From assembly GCA_051599415.1 (NCBI GenBank), contig AP039703.1, positions 62,001 through 126,000 on the forward strand: DNA of 64,000 bases. The letters run 5' to 3'. Each line of letters begins with the position of its first letter. Position 1 is the first letter of the stretch. The notes beneath the pieces were generated by a model that worked only from the letters and a program-made list of their open reading frames with translations, was not told the origin of the DNA and did no database searches. The position numbers and the translations under genes are program-made. This document shows, in pieces, positions 53,018 to 64,000 of this stretch. Origin of the DNA: Savitreella phatthalungensis (lineage: Eukaryota).

Positions 53018-54659
53018 CTTTGATGATTTCCCACACAAGTTTGATTCCGACGATCAATTTGCACTTTTGATCTTGCCGGCAGAAGAGAGAATGTTCACAA
53101 GATGCTTGTGTATGACGTGCGTTGACCTGAATAGAAACGAGCGATCTGTTCAGGTAAGCGGAGTTCGTATTCGAACGATGGGAACCCTTGCGTGACCAAG
53201 TTTCAGAAAGAGTGACAGCGCCGCAGACGTGATTTGATTTGATCTAGCCTGGACTGACTTGGCGTGATCTGATCTGTGATCCTTGCAACGAGAGCTCTGA
53301 AAGTCGCGTGAATGTGCGCGTGGCAGAACGAATGACGGTGAGCGAACAGACAGACGATGAGAGAGAAAGTCGGCGGTTGAATTGGATCTCTAGCCGGTGG
53401 ACGCGTGTTCAGGAAGTCCAGGCTGTGTAGAAGATCCGCTGTGTAGAAGATCCGATTTCGAGTAACGAGTATTTAGGCTAATCGTCAATCTTCCAGCGAA
53501 CCCACTTCGACCCAGGTTAACTCCTCAGCTCGATTGCAATCAGCAACGATTCGGCGAGTATCAGACAATCTCTCAGCTTTCTTTAAACTCTTCGGAGTCG
53601 CTGCGCGTTTCGGAGTCCGTGCATTTGGCGATGAGATTGATGTATGTTCGAGCTTGAGGGTTCTATGGAGAACAACGTGGCGCGTTCGTGACGCGTGAGG
53701 TCCGTTCACTCACGTCCGATTCTGATTGAGGCAGAATGCCTGAGCCACCAGCATTTTGCAGGACTGTGCAGCTCCTGGCGTGAAGTATGAAGCTGAGTAC
53801 AGCGGAAGATGGACGGTTAAAGGCTGATACCATGGGATTTGATTCCATGTAAATAATTCTTGTGCTCTGAGCCAGGCCATTAGCACCGATCCTTCTTTGT
53901 CCACGAGCGGATGATCTAAAAAAGGCTCAGTCAGTGAGGGTAAGCAGTTCATATTCAGCCTGAAGCGGTTTTTGACCTCTCAGAAGTTCATCGGAGGATT
54001 CAGCAAGTGCGGGATTATCCGAACAGAATTGGTCGAGCTGAGATTATGACTTGAATACGTTCCGTCGTGCTTTCACTTGGAGACATGAACGTCGACTGCA
54101 ATCTGATTCACAGCAATGATTGAGCTGTGCCTAGTGATGTTGTAGTTCAGGCGGTGCATGGTTTGAAACAGCGCCATCCGATAAATCTCATTGAATTTCA
54201 GCCTGAATTGATCCTGAAACGCGTCTTGTCACAAAGTTCAGCCTTTTGTCTAATCTGAAGGGAGTCAAATTGTGATGAATGGAAGGCCAATATGAAAAAG
54301 GATGCTATAAATTCTCAATCCAACTACGGTCAAGTTATCTTCAAAGCTTCTGATCTGCATGTCGGTCCTGCTGTGTCGGTCGTCATCCATCACTCGATGC
54401 TCATCGAATTCTCCCAGGGCACCTCTGGAGCAAGGCGCGGCGTATTCAGCGGGTGCCAAAGTATTGAACTGCATGAACTCGATAACCATTCATGTGGATG
54501 CATCTTTTGAATCACGATCGAGTGAATCCAGATTCCAGAATTCATACATTATGATGCAGAATTCACAATTTAGAAGCAGTCAGTCAATCTGATACTCTGC
54601 GGCTTGCTCAATCACACACCCGGCTGGCCCATGACGCTAGCCAAAGGTGGAGTCTTACC

Positions 54660-54739
54660 CATCCATCCATATACACACACTCATACAACCATACACTCAT
54701 ACACCCATACATTCATACACCCATACACACACACACACG

Positions 54740-54798
<59 letters not shown>
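54660..54798 (+). repeat. (CA)n microsatellite with degenerate CCATAC/CATAC lead-in
   Basis: Pure AC repeat from 54743 to 54798 (28 units), upstream of PBP1. Confidence 0.95.
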
Positions 54799-54801
<3 letters not shown>

Positions 54802-55441
54802 CCTACGCCTTACACCGCTGCACGCACTCACACCCACGCAAGCAACCTAGACCAGTCTCATTCTCGTCCTCCTCCTGTCATCGCTCTACCACAAACCCCG
54901 GTCGTCTGCTTTGGCAATCTCCTTGACTGTCTACCATTCGTCTCTTGCTACACACTCTCCAATCCGTAAACCGGACTGTACCCGGGAGTTGCATCCTTCC
55001 TGACCTCGTCTATCGTACGCCCAGATCGCTAGTCTCGCAAGTCTCCCGTGATCCGCCATTCACACAGGCCTAGAAGTCAAGGATTATACTTGACTCGATT
55101 CACACCCACACATCCCCACGCATCTACACACAAGTGTAGGTGTCAAGGTGTGCGACGAGTGGTTCACGACCGGCGTGGCCGCATACTTCTGCCGATACCG
55201 GTGGCAGTTCGCAGCGTGGTCAAGCAGCCTTTCAACCTCGCTCGAGATAGTGGTTCAAATCGTCATACAGCCTGTCTTGACGGTCTGATTGCGAAAACAC
55301 GTGGGCACGCTTCCAGCACGCGACGCCCAATCTGACAAACCCACAAGTCAGCCTTTGTCCGGCACTTGCGGTCCTGCGTCTCCAAGCCACATTAGCATTC
55401 ATCCTCATCCCGACAGCCTATCTACCACGTCTATCGCAATC

Positions 55442-58252
55442 ATGGCAGCCGGGCGGACTCCAAACAAAACAGGTGGACCGAACGCCAGTGGCGGTGGCAG
55501 TAGCAGCAACACACCGCAAGCATCTAGCAGAGGCTCGTGGGCTCAGAAGGTGGCTGGGGGTGGCAGTGGCATATCGTCTCCGAGTGGCGGTCGGGTCAAC
55601 AGTAACGATACACAGGGGTTCCCTGGGCGAGAAAAGCTAGCTACTATCGTCGCTAAGCTGAAAGACCGCGACGTGAGCGTATCGACACGTGACGGAGCCA
55701 AATACCAAGGCCTCCTCAAATCATTCGAAACGTCCTCTGGAGCCGGTGTCGGTGTCACTCTCGCCCGTGCCAGGCAGCTACAAGGGGCTGCAGGCGCAAA
55801 AGCTGACGGCAACATGAGCGGTCTGAGCGAGATCTCGATCGCTCCTGGTGAGCTACTCGACATACGCGCAGCACAGGACAATGCCAGCGCCTGGAAGACC
55901 GATACAGACATCTCCAACCGTGGATCCAACCTGAAAGAGCGGCAACTACAGGCGTGGCAGCCAGATGCAGGCGATACGAGCTTTGCTCTCGAAGATTCGA
56001 TTGAGTCGTCATCTGGCTCAAAGGGAGGCTGGGACCAATTCGCAGCGAACGAGAAGCTCTTCGGCATCAAATCACAGTGGGACGAGAACGTTTACACGCA
56101 CAAACTCGATACTTCCAAGCCAGACTTTGCCAAGCGTCAGGCAGAGGCCGAGCGCGTGGCTCGTGAAATCGAGAGTGGAGCATCGAGTAATCCTCACGTC
56201 CTGGAGGAGCGCAATCGTAAGGATGCGACGGACTCTGGATTGACAGAAGAGGACAAGTACAGTGGTGTCGCGAGATCGGCCAATCGCTGGGTACCATCTG
56301 CACAGAGAGCTGAGAATATTGAGCAAACAGCTTCGGCAGGCCCGACACCGAACACTCCATCCTCCCACATCGACCCGGCCATCATCTCTTCACAGATGGC
56401 ACGTCCAGGGTCGAGCGCCGCCCGACCTTCCCCGGCCGCAGCCCTGCAGCATCGCGCGAATGCCAATGAGGGGTCCATTGACATTAAGGCTCGCGTCCTA
56501 GGCGCTGCTGCTGCCGGCGATGGCAAGGATCAGATTCCAGCCACAGCAGGCGGTAGCAGTAGCAGCAACACGACTGGCACAACCAATTCTCGCGCAATGG
56601 AGTCACAGCTCGTCGGCTCCTTCAAGCAGTTCAATATCAATGAGCGAGAAAAAGTCAACACGAAGAAAGCACAGCTGAAGAAGGAAAAGGACGGTAAGCT
56701 CAACGAGCTACTCAAGTTCTCTCAGAGCTTCAAACTTACGACGCCTGTTCCCGAAGACTTGATTCCGATTCTAGCAAAGGACAAGGCAAAGCAGGAGCAG
56801 ATTGTCTCACGCAACACGTCAGCCACGTCATCGCCGACCGTAACAAAGGCGACGAGTGCACTTTCGCCGCCAATCGTGGCACTTGGTGCTCCTGCAGCTG
56901 CAACGGCCCGTGCTCCGCCCACCGGCGAGCCACAGACGCTGCGCGAGCGTCTAGAGCGGGCACAGCAGGTTCCGACTCCTCAGGCTACTCCGACGCCGTT
57001 GACACAGGAGCAGCTTGACCGCGCTCGCCGGCTCAGTGCAAAGGCTTCCGAGTTCAAGCCTTTCAACCCAGCAGCTGCGAGCTTCACGCCAAACTTTGGC
57101 TCCGCCACTGCCACTGCGACGGCATCACCTGGACCTCCGTCAATCGCAGGCTCCGCCGTACCACGCTCTTCCACTGTTCCGTCCCCTGCCTTAAGTTCGA
57201 CCTCTTCGCATGCACCGCGACTTAGCATTGTCCAGCAATCGGCTGGAGTTCCCGTTCAGGCGCAACAGCAATCGCAGCAGAACATCGATCCGGCCACCTT
57301 CTGGGGCAACAAACGTCCTCGTGCGCGGGCTGCGCGTACAGCGATTCTCGCCGAGTACAACCCCTTCACATCGTACAAACGTGACCACCCGGAATCCACC
57401 CTGGAAATTGACCCACCGTTCAAGACCGACCCCGCTTGGCCTCGTTCTGACAATGCGACCTCGATGTACGATGCGCCGCGCTCGTTGCCGACTGACTTCG
57501 ACCTGATTCCTGGAGGCGGGTCAGCAGCCGCTGCACAGGCTGCCGCAGCTGCACAGGCACAGGCGGCTGCTGCTGCGGCTGCTGCTGGCATGGGTATTGG
57601 TATGGGTATGAACATGAATATGAACATGATCAACATGGCGGGCATGACGGGCATGTATCCCGGCCTGGGCTACCCTGGAGCCATGCCCGCTGGTATGGGT
57701 TACATGATGATGCCATCCCCGCCATACAACCCTGCTGCAGCGGGTGCCGGTGCTGGCAATGCGGGCGGACCTCCTGGCGGAGCATACGTCGGCTCGCCCC
57801 CGCAAGGCCCTCCAATGGGTGCATACGCCATCTTCCCCGGCGCGTCCCCGCAGAACAACGGGGTAGGCAACTCAGCAGCGAACAAGGCTGCCGGATCGAC
57901 TTCGCCGCGCGCCACTGGAGGAGCTCCGGCATTCATGTCGCAGCACCATCCGCAGCAGCAGTACGGCAACATCTACGCCGCAGCCGCAGCCGGGATGTAC
58001 TTCCCACCAGGCTCACCATCTGGTCCTGGTACATTCTACCCTGGCGGTGGTCAAGGTTTCGTGCCCCAAACCGGGCCGCCCTTGCAACAGGAGCGACGAG
58101 GAAGCAGACCGAACGGTCATGCTGCCAGCTCATCCTCAACCCCTGTCCCAAACAAATCGCAGCCGCAGCAACAACGCGGACCGCCAGGCGTCTCCGCCAC
58201 GCCGACGAAATCTGCTCCTCCGGCGGCTCCAGCGACAAAGCCAGCAGAGTGA
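55442..58252 (+). CDS. PBP1: Ataxin-2/Pbp1 family poly(A)-binding-protein-binding protein
   Basis: Lsm domain, WKTDTDIS, LsmAD (WDQFAANEKLFGIKSQWDENVYT...EEDKYSGV), KFSQSFKLTTPVPEDL and tandem PAM2 LSAKASEFKP/FNPAAASFTP. Confidence 0.95.
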   Translation: MAAGRTPNKTGGPNASGGGSSSNTPQASSRGSWAQKVAGGGSGISSPSGGRVNSNDTQGFPGREKLATIVAKLKDRDVSVSTRDGAKYQGLLKSFETSSGAGVGVTLARARQLQGAAGAKADGNMSGLSEISIAPGELLDIRAAQDNASAWKTDTDISNRGSNLKERQLQAWQPDAGDTSFALEDSIESSSGSKGGWDQFAANEKLFGIKSQWDENVYTHKLDTSKPDFAKRQAEAERVAREIESGASSNPHVLEERNRKDATDSGLTEEDKYSGVARSANRWVPSAQRAENIEQTASAGPTPNTPSSHIDPAIISSQMARPGSSAARPSPAAALQHRANANEGSIDIKARVLGAAAAGDGKDQIPATAGGSSSSNTTGTTNSRAMESQLVGSFKQFNINEREKVNTKKAQLKKEKDGKLNELLKFSQSFKLTTPVPEDLIPILAKDKAKQEQIVSRNTSATSSPTVTKATSALSPPIVALGAPAAATARAPPTGEPQTLRERLERAQQVPTPQATPTPLTQEQLDRARRLSAKASEFKPFNPAAASFTPNFGSATATATASPGPPSIAGSAVPRSSTVPSPALSSTSSHAPRLSIVQQSAGVPVQAQQQSQQNIDPATFWGNKRPRARAARTAILAEYNPFTSYKRDHPESTLEIDPPFKTDPAWPRSDNATSMYDAPRSLPTDFDLIPGGGSAAAAQAAAAAQAQAAAAAAAAGMGIGMGMNMNMNMINMAGMTGMYPGLGYPGAMPAGMGYMMMPSPPYNPAAAGAGAGNAGGPPGGAYVGSPPQGPPMGAYAIFPGASPQNNGVGNSAANKAAGSTSPRATGGAPAFMSQHHPQQQYGNIYAAAAAGMYFPPGSPSGPGTFYPGGGQGFVPQTGPPLQQERRGSRPNGHAASSSSTPVPNKSQPQQQRGPPGVSATPTKSAPPAAPATKPAE

Positions 58253-58427
58253 AGATAGCCAGCTCCACCACGCAATCTAATCCCGTGCAGGCATTCCTAT
58301 CCATGATCGCGTCTCGCGTGAGTATTATACTGAGGTAATTTACTGCTTCGGACATCACTGATATTTCAGAAATACGGGACGCTACGCTAACAGACATCAT
58401 GCGACTTGGACGACGCCACCCTGAGCT

Positions 58428-60107
58428 TCAGGTGGAAGTCGGGAGTTTGCTCACCGCCCGTGCACCTGTCACCCCACTGAAATTGACGTTGCCACCCACA
58501 GCTGCCGCTTTGTTCTGTGGATTTGCAGCGCCGCTCGCAGGCTGTGACTCTGCCGGCGCCGCAGAGGTTGTGGACACCGAGTCCGCCGACCCAGGAGCAC
58601 CTACAGGAAACAACGCCACACCTGTCACATTCCCTGCGCGTACTGGCACCAACGCGATCCCACCGTCGACCCTCGAATTGTTGTTGTTGTTGCTGTTGTT
58701 CTGTGTCGTGCCTGCAGCCTGCGCTGGTGGCTGGGCCAATGCCGGCGACGACTGTGGTGCATTGGACCCACTATGCGTCGATGGTCCTGCGGCAGATGTG
58801 TTCTGACCGGCTAAGCTTGCGAGGCTGCCAGCGCTGTCACCATCCGGACTGCTGGCGGGCGTCGTACTCGCCTGTGTCTGTTGAGGGGCAGGTCTCGTTG
58901 GCGCAGCAGCAACAGTATTACTGCCAGCAGTAGCAAATGCGGGCGTTGCCTGATCTCTCAGACTTCCAGGCAAATAACCGTCTGGAATACTCGCCACATT
59001 CCTCGCACCACCACCACTATCAGCAGCTGACCTTCCAGAGGAGAACACATCATTTGAGCTGTCCCCGAGCAACGAAGCAAGTCCAGCAGCAACCCGAGCC
59101 AGCGGTCTCAGAATCGGACTCGAGACGTCATCCATCAATGCCCCGAGAATGTTAGTTCGCGCCTGGAGCGCAGAGGAGGAGGACGTTGCGCTCTGCGTGG
59201 TGGCCGCAGCAGGACGCTGAGCTCCTCCTTCTGCCGCTGCACCATTCGTCGACTTGAGTGTGGCGTCGAGCGAAGCTGCCTGCGCCATGTTCTGTTGAAG
59301 CAGCGGAATCATGCTCTGCAAGACACTCACAATCGCCTGTTGCGTCGTTGGATCACTTGCGACGCTGCCTGCGCGCGTCGGCGTCAGCCCTGACATCCCA
59401 GCCTGCGGCACTGGCACTCCGTCCGACTTGGCATACGTGTTGGTCCGTGGAGTGCTACCTACATCTGCCCCAGGCGCCGCACCTGGATCGCCCCCAGCTG
59501 CGACGATGTTCCGCAGGGCGTCTCTAGATGTCTGCTCGGCCGTGTCCGTGACGGTACGTCTGGTGAGTCGATTAGCGCCGTTACCAGCCGCGCGGGGCGT
59601 ACCGGAGACAAGCGCGCCGAACGGCGAGAAGATCGGCTCACCAGGCGCAGTCCCTCCAAGACCGACACCGCCAAACCCACCACCCACACCAGGCCCGCCA
59701 CCCACAATTCCAGCACCCGGAAACCCAGCAGGCACCCCAAACCCTCCGCCAGGAACTCCAAACCCGCCCCCAAAACCCGTACCAGCAGGTAGTCCAAGTC
59801 CCTGTGAACCAGTGAACCCGCCACCCAGCAAGCCGCCCGCTGGAGCCACTCCGGGGCCGCCGATGAATCCCGGTGGCAGGCCTCCGGCTGGACCGCCTAG
59901 GACACCTAGATTTCCAGGACCGAGGCCACCAAGCAGGCCTGGTGGTCCTGGGATTGGGCCTTGGCCGATCGCTGGGACGAAGAGCTGGCGCCTCGAGAGG
60001 AGTACGTCGGGCGAGCTCGGTGACAGGAGAGCGTCTGGCATCAGCGGGAGCGGTAATCCAAAACCCGGAAACGCGAGCATCAGCGCAGCCGTCGTGAGAA
60101 AAGGCAT
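58428..60107 (-). CDS. Secreted Gly/Pro-rich low-complexity protein
   Basis: Probable start MPFLTTAALMLAFPGFG (signal peptide), then RR sites, GGGFGVPG-type repeats and an Ala/Ser/Thr-rich remainder. Confidence 0.7.
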   Translation of the reverse strand: MPFLTTAALMLAFPGFGLPLPLMPDALLSPSSPDVLLSRRQLFVPAIGQGPIPGPPGLLGGLGPGNLGVLGGPAGGLPPGFIGGPGVAPAGGLLGGGFTGSQGLGLPAGTGFGGGFGVPGGGFGVPAGFPGAGIVGGGPGVGGGFGGVGLGGTAPGEPIFSPFGALVSGTPRAAGNGANRLTRRTVTDTAEQTSRDALRNIVAAGGDPGAAPGADVGSTPRTNTYAKSDGVPVPQAGMSGLTPTRAGSVASDPTTQQAIVSVLQSMIPLLQQNMAQAASLDATLKSTNGAAAEGGAQRPAAATTQSATSSSSALQARTNILGALMDDVSSPILRPLARVAAGLASLLGDSSNDVFSSGRSAADSGGGARNVASIPDGYLPGSLRDQATPAFATAGSNTVAAAPTRPAPQQTQASTTPASSPDGDSAGSLASLAGQNTSAAGPSTHSGSNAPQSSPALAQPPAQAAGTTQNNSNNNNNSRVDGGIALVPVRAGNVTGVALFPVGAPGSADSVSTTSAAPAESQPASGAANPQNKAAAVGGNVNFSGVTGARAVSKLPTST

Positions 60108-60765
60108 GCGCGGCAATCGATGACGAGTCGTTGCAGTGTCCCTGCCGACCGGCGGCGATAAGGACGACGGTGACGGCGACATTGACGGTGTGGTCACAGG
60201 GTCGTGAAGAAAGGTGTCAAAAGAGGCAGAGGGAGGGCGCAGCAGGAGCGATCAACCGAAGTATATCATGGGTGTAGCAGAAACTGACAACTCAATCATC
60301 ATCATAGTTGCGTCCGAGCGCCACGCAAACAGGCACTTTCAAGCTCTCGCACACGTCGCGAGTGAGACTTTATGCTCGGTCGACGACGTGTTTCGATAGC
60401 CGGTTTGAAGCGTCTGGGTGCACGTACCTCCTGAATATATCGCCACTGCCAAGTGCTACACTGTCTTGACACAATCAGATACGTCGACCGAGCGCGTTCA
60501 CGCCTGTTTCGATCATCACGCCGAACACGTCTCAAGGCCCGTTTGACATGCTCGAGAGTCGTTCCAAAATGCTGTCTCATTACCAGTTACGAAGGCTATG
60601 CATATGCCAAGACACGATATATGGTGTTAAGCGTGCTGTGAAAAGAATTGGTCGTCATGAGGTGTCGTCGTATATATATGTGCTTGTATGCGAGCTTGCG
60701 AAAGTGCGCTTTGACCGTGTTCATTTACATTAGTCGGAACACTGCTGTCCGAGATGTTCGTCGTC

Positions 60766-62280
60766 TTAGATCGTTGTCATCTGCTTGGCGAATCTGCCGC
60801 GGAGCCTGAGCTTGTGTCCGTATTTGAGTAGAATGAACGGAATTGGAAGCATGGCGAGCGAGATGAATGCAAGTAGATACGCAGCCCAATCGGTGCCCAG
60901 CCTGAGGAACATTTGCCGAGTGAAAAGTGGGAACATGGCAGAGACAATAGTGCGCGTGGCGCCGTTTGCTGCGAGAGCGGAGGCCGCGTAGACCAGGTAC
61001 GCCTCGACCAGGTAGTCTGTGATGGAGAGGAAGAGGAACATGAGGGAGGCACCTATTCCGCCAGCAGCAATGATGGAAACGACTCCGGGCACGCTCGGTG
61101 CCGATGTTGCTCCCCACCAGAAGAGCGATGCAGGCAGGAGAACTGCGCCGATTGTGCCTGGCCACAGTCGTGACTCCGGCGATTCAAGGTGACTGAGACG
61201 CAGCTTGATGACGGTCGAAAGCAGAGCTGCAATGACGACGCCCGTAGCGAGTCCGAGGAATGCGTATCCTCCCTGGAAGACATCCCAACCGCGGTTGCGC
61301 TGGTAGGCAACGGGAAATGCTGCGAAAGCGCCGAAGATCAAGGCGTACACAAAGGCGATGTACACGCTGAGTGCCAAAACAATCGGCTCGGTGAATAGCA
61401 ACACAAATGGTCTCTTTAGTGCGCCTGTTAGCTTTGCGTTGAGCGTCTCGCGTGTCAGGACGATCTCGCCACGCAGCTTCGGCACGTAGGTCTCGCGAAT
61501 TGCAAGCCAAAGCACCACATACAGCACGCCAAACATGATGGTGCACAACCAGAAAATCCAACGCCAGGTCGTGTTTAGTGCGATTGCGCCTGCAATGAAA
61601 GGGCCGATCGTCGACGACACGTTAGGTAGCAGAGCAAAAACAACGACCGGTACAGTACGCTGCGATTTTGGCCAGAGATCGGATACTGCTCCTCCAGCAA
61701 CGGCGAATGGACCCGCGATCGCTAGTGCTTGCAGAAAGCGGAAAACGAGCAACATGGCTAGATTCTGGGACAGGGCGGCACAGATGGTGAAGACAATCGC
61801 CACAGCCGTCGCCAGCTTGAATACAATCAATCTGCCGTAGAGCTCCGACAGCGGTGCCATAACGAGTGGTCCGACGGTGAATCCGAGTGGGAACATCGTC
61901 AGGCCGAGATTTGCCGAAACAATCGAAACGCCGAACTCTCGCTCTATTTGAGCTGTGCCAGGACCATATGCGCCGCTCGGAAAAAAGGAAGCGCCAGCAA
62001 GCAGGCTGAAGAATATCGTGTGCATCCAGCGCGTGGACAGTGGCCATGTATGTGGGTTATTAGGATCGTATTGAATTTGCTTGAGCTTCTCGTCGATGAC
62101 GGTGTCAGTGCTTGCAAGGCGCTGCGTCATTCGAATTTTGACATTGTCGTCATCTTCGTTCGCGGGACGCGCACCTGCAGTACGATCAGAGATCGAAGGT
62201 GATGGATCACGGATACTGCCAACGATGTCACCCACGGTGGAATCCCGTGAGGCAGTTGGTGGTTCTAGAGGTCTACTCAT
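60766..62280 (-). CDS. MFS transporter, DHA1 drug:H+ antiporter family
   Basis: DPNNPHTW, GPLVMAPLSELYGR, WRWIFW, ETY, RPFVLLFTEP, PESRL and YAASALAAN; about 12 TM segments. Confidence 0.95.
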   Translation of the reverse strand: MSRPLEPPTASRDSTVGDIVGSIRDPSPSISDRTAGARPANEDDDNVKIRMTQRLASTDTVIDEKLKQIQYDPNNPHTWPLSTRWMHTIFFSLLAGASFFPSGAYGPGTAQIEREFGVSIVSANLGLTMFPLGFTVGPLVMAPLSELYGRLIVFKLATAVAIVFTICAALSQNLAMLLVFRFLQALAIAGPFAVAGGAVSDLWPKSQRTVPVVVFALLPNVSSTIGPFIAGAIALNTTWRWIFWLCTIMFGVLYVVLWLAIRETYVPKLRGEIVLTRETLNAKLTGALKRPFVLLFTEPIVLALSVYIAFVYALIFGAFAAFPVAYQRNRGWDVFQGGYAFLGLATGVVIAALLSTVIKLRLSHLESPESRLWPGTIGAVLLPASLFWWGATSAPSVPGVVSIIAAGGIGASLMFLFLSITDYLVEAYLVYAASALAANGATRTIVSAMFPLFTRQMFLRLGTDWAAYLLAFISLAMLPIPFILLKYGHKLRLRGRFAKQMTTI

Positions 62281-63258
62281 GCGCCTTGAGACCGTTGAGG
62301 AACGCTGCAGCGCAGCGTAGTGATGTATACAAGCGTCCAGTAGGAAGAAATTCGGCCTCTTGATGGTGTGTGCCTCATGCGATGCTGGTGTCCTCACTGA
62401 CAATTGATGACTACAGCATATGCGTGAAGCACAGCTCTCCACAATTATTAACCATAAATCTCATCGGTCAAACCGACCGCGACTTAATTCCGTAGGCGGC
62501 GCGCTCGCTCGGCTTTTCTTGAAAATTTTAGCATCGGGATCAGGTCAGGTTGCTCTCTTACTCGATCCAGCTATCTCAGTTCTGTCGTGTTCGGGAACGA
62601 GGAAGTGAAGGATGTGCACCACACGGCGCATTCGTGGAGAAGGGGCGGGAGGGCGAAGGAAATTCCGAGCTAAGCTGAAGGAGCTCATTTGAGCAGGTAG
62701 AAATACGCACGCCCGCGGGATGCAATGCAGGACAATGACAAAACTATGAAGCGAGCGGAACGACAAATCATCTTGCTTCGCCGACGGTGGATGCATTGTG
62801 CAGAGAAAATCGTCAGCGACAGCCAGACGCGTGATGATAGTGACGATTGATATCCTCGTCAGAAGCCATGTAGCCGTTGCACTCCTGCTTCAAACAAGCA
62901 ATCTACATGATACGGTGGCAACACTATATTTGAAACATCATGAAAATCTACCTGAAATAGTTCCGCAATAGCCGAATCACGTGCTCGAAGAGAAATCAGA
63001 CATCTGTGGCTGAAGATTTTGTAACTGCTGTGGCGCCATGCACCGGATTCATGGATGGATGCACAGCTGATGCACACTGGTGGAAGTCAGCACGTGAATG
63101 ACGAAGACTGTCAAGAGACGTCACTCGACACTCTTATGCACGGAGATGTGTAAGGACGAGCCTGAGATTGAGTAGCAAAGGCGCGTCTCTACCTTTCCCT
63201 GCCCCTTGAAGCATCTTCAATAAACCATCGTACGTCATGGATCACTAGAGTCTGATCG

Positions 63259-64000
63259 ATGATGTCGCCGAAGCGCACCCTGGACGATGCAACGGGCGAG
63301 CACGCCATTGGAACGCCCGTTCCCCTGGCCAAGCGGCAACGCTCTAGCTTCACGCCCCGAACTGCCGGAGCCGTGTACAAGCCACTGTATAGCACTCCTT
63401 CACAGCTGCTGGCGTCGTCGCGTGGCCCACCGTCTTCCGTTACGTCGACCGCAAGCAGAAGGAGCGCCTTCGAAGCGCTTCCATCAGCGGAATTTACAAG
63501 CTGGGTGGACGATGTAAAGCGACGCGCTTCACAGGCACTCGCCGAGAATGAGCTCGCAGACGAGGAATTTGCGCGGTCGCGATCGATAGCCCAAATGCTT
63601 GAGCAGCGGGAACTTGCCCGGAGCGAGAAACTATTTGCTGAAGCTGAGCGGCACCTTGAGCTGGAGCGAGAGCGTCGGAAGCGTATACAGGAAGATCTCG
63701 ACAAGCAGGTTCAAGAGCAGGAAGACGCTCAGCTCGAAGCTCAACAGCAGATCAGAGCATTCCGTCTCGAGCAGCAACGATTACAAGAAGCGGCAGACAA
63801 GGCTGAGCGCGAAAAGCAGAGACTCTTGTTGGAAGTCGAGCAGGCCGAGCAGGAGAGATTACGTCTTTCTACAATCGCGCAGCAGGAGCAGCAGCGTCTA
63901 GCGGAGGAAAAGCGCCGGCTCGATGAGGAGCGTAAAAGGCTGGAGGCGGAGCGTGTCAAGCTTCAAGCTCGCCGACACGAAACGCTCGCGGTCCTGGACA
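63259..64000 (+). CDS. Coiled-coil (E/R/Q-rich) protein, partial; runs off the window
   Basis: Open frame from ATG 63259 (MMSPKRTLDD...) to the window end, with a long charged heptad region (EEKRRLDEERKRLEAERVK). Confidence 0.7.
   Translation, partial: MMSPKRTLDDATGEHAIGTPVPLAKRQRSSFTPRTAGAVYKPLYSTPSQLLASSRGPPSSVTSTASRRSAFEALPSAEFTSWVDDVKRRASQALAENELADEEFARSRSIAQMLEQRELARSEKLFAEAERHLELERERRKRIQEDLDKQVQEQEDAQLEAQQQIRAFRLEQQRLQEAADKAEREKQRLLLEVEQAEQERLRLSTIAQQEQQRLAEEKRRLDEERKRLEAERVKLQARRHETLAVLD

Noticed and set aside
54272..54353. C/D snoRNA candidate (GTGATGA...CTGA)
   Set aside because: No convincing terminal stem, and no rRNA-complementary guide directly upstream of a D or D' box.
54604..54969. 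His-Thr repeat ORFs
   Set aside because: Translation artefacts of the (CA)n microsatellite.

Overview
Eukaryotic (fungal) nuclear DNA: gene-dense, GC-rich and very intron-poor. Protein similarities recalled from memory (Rpl14, Rps26, Bud6, Sld3) point to an ascomycete, most plausibly Taphrinomycotina; this is inference, not a database result. About 25 protein-coding genes can be supported. Housekeeping genes: CEX1/SCY1-like (partial), RPL42, RPL14, RPS26, HEM2, SLD3, BUD6/AIP3, PBP1/ataxin-2 and a CYC2-like reductase. Other recognisable families: FMN alpha-hydroxy-acid oxidase, zincin-jacalin peptidase, DUF829, DUF1761, Hsp20, SH3 protein, ferric reductase, DHA1 MFS transporter, a GH7 cellobiohydrolase and a 1650-aa sacsin-like GHKL ATPase ending in an HExxH domain; there are also several orphans. 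No tRNA, rRNA, CRISPR array or intact transposon was recognised. The best leads are: (1) a probable H/ACA-type RNA inside the 485-nt RPL14 intron; (2) the GHKL-ATPase/metalloprotease fusion; (3) a GH7 cellulase within ~5 kb of decayed sequence that may be foreign; (4) a cluster of 4 TGAGTCA and 3 CACGTGA sites in the RPL14/SH3 divergent promoter; (5) a long hairpin downstream of RPS26; (6) a secreted, Kex2-flanked elastin-like Gly/Pro protein; (7) a probable pseudo-GTPase. All calls were made by eye without searches.
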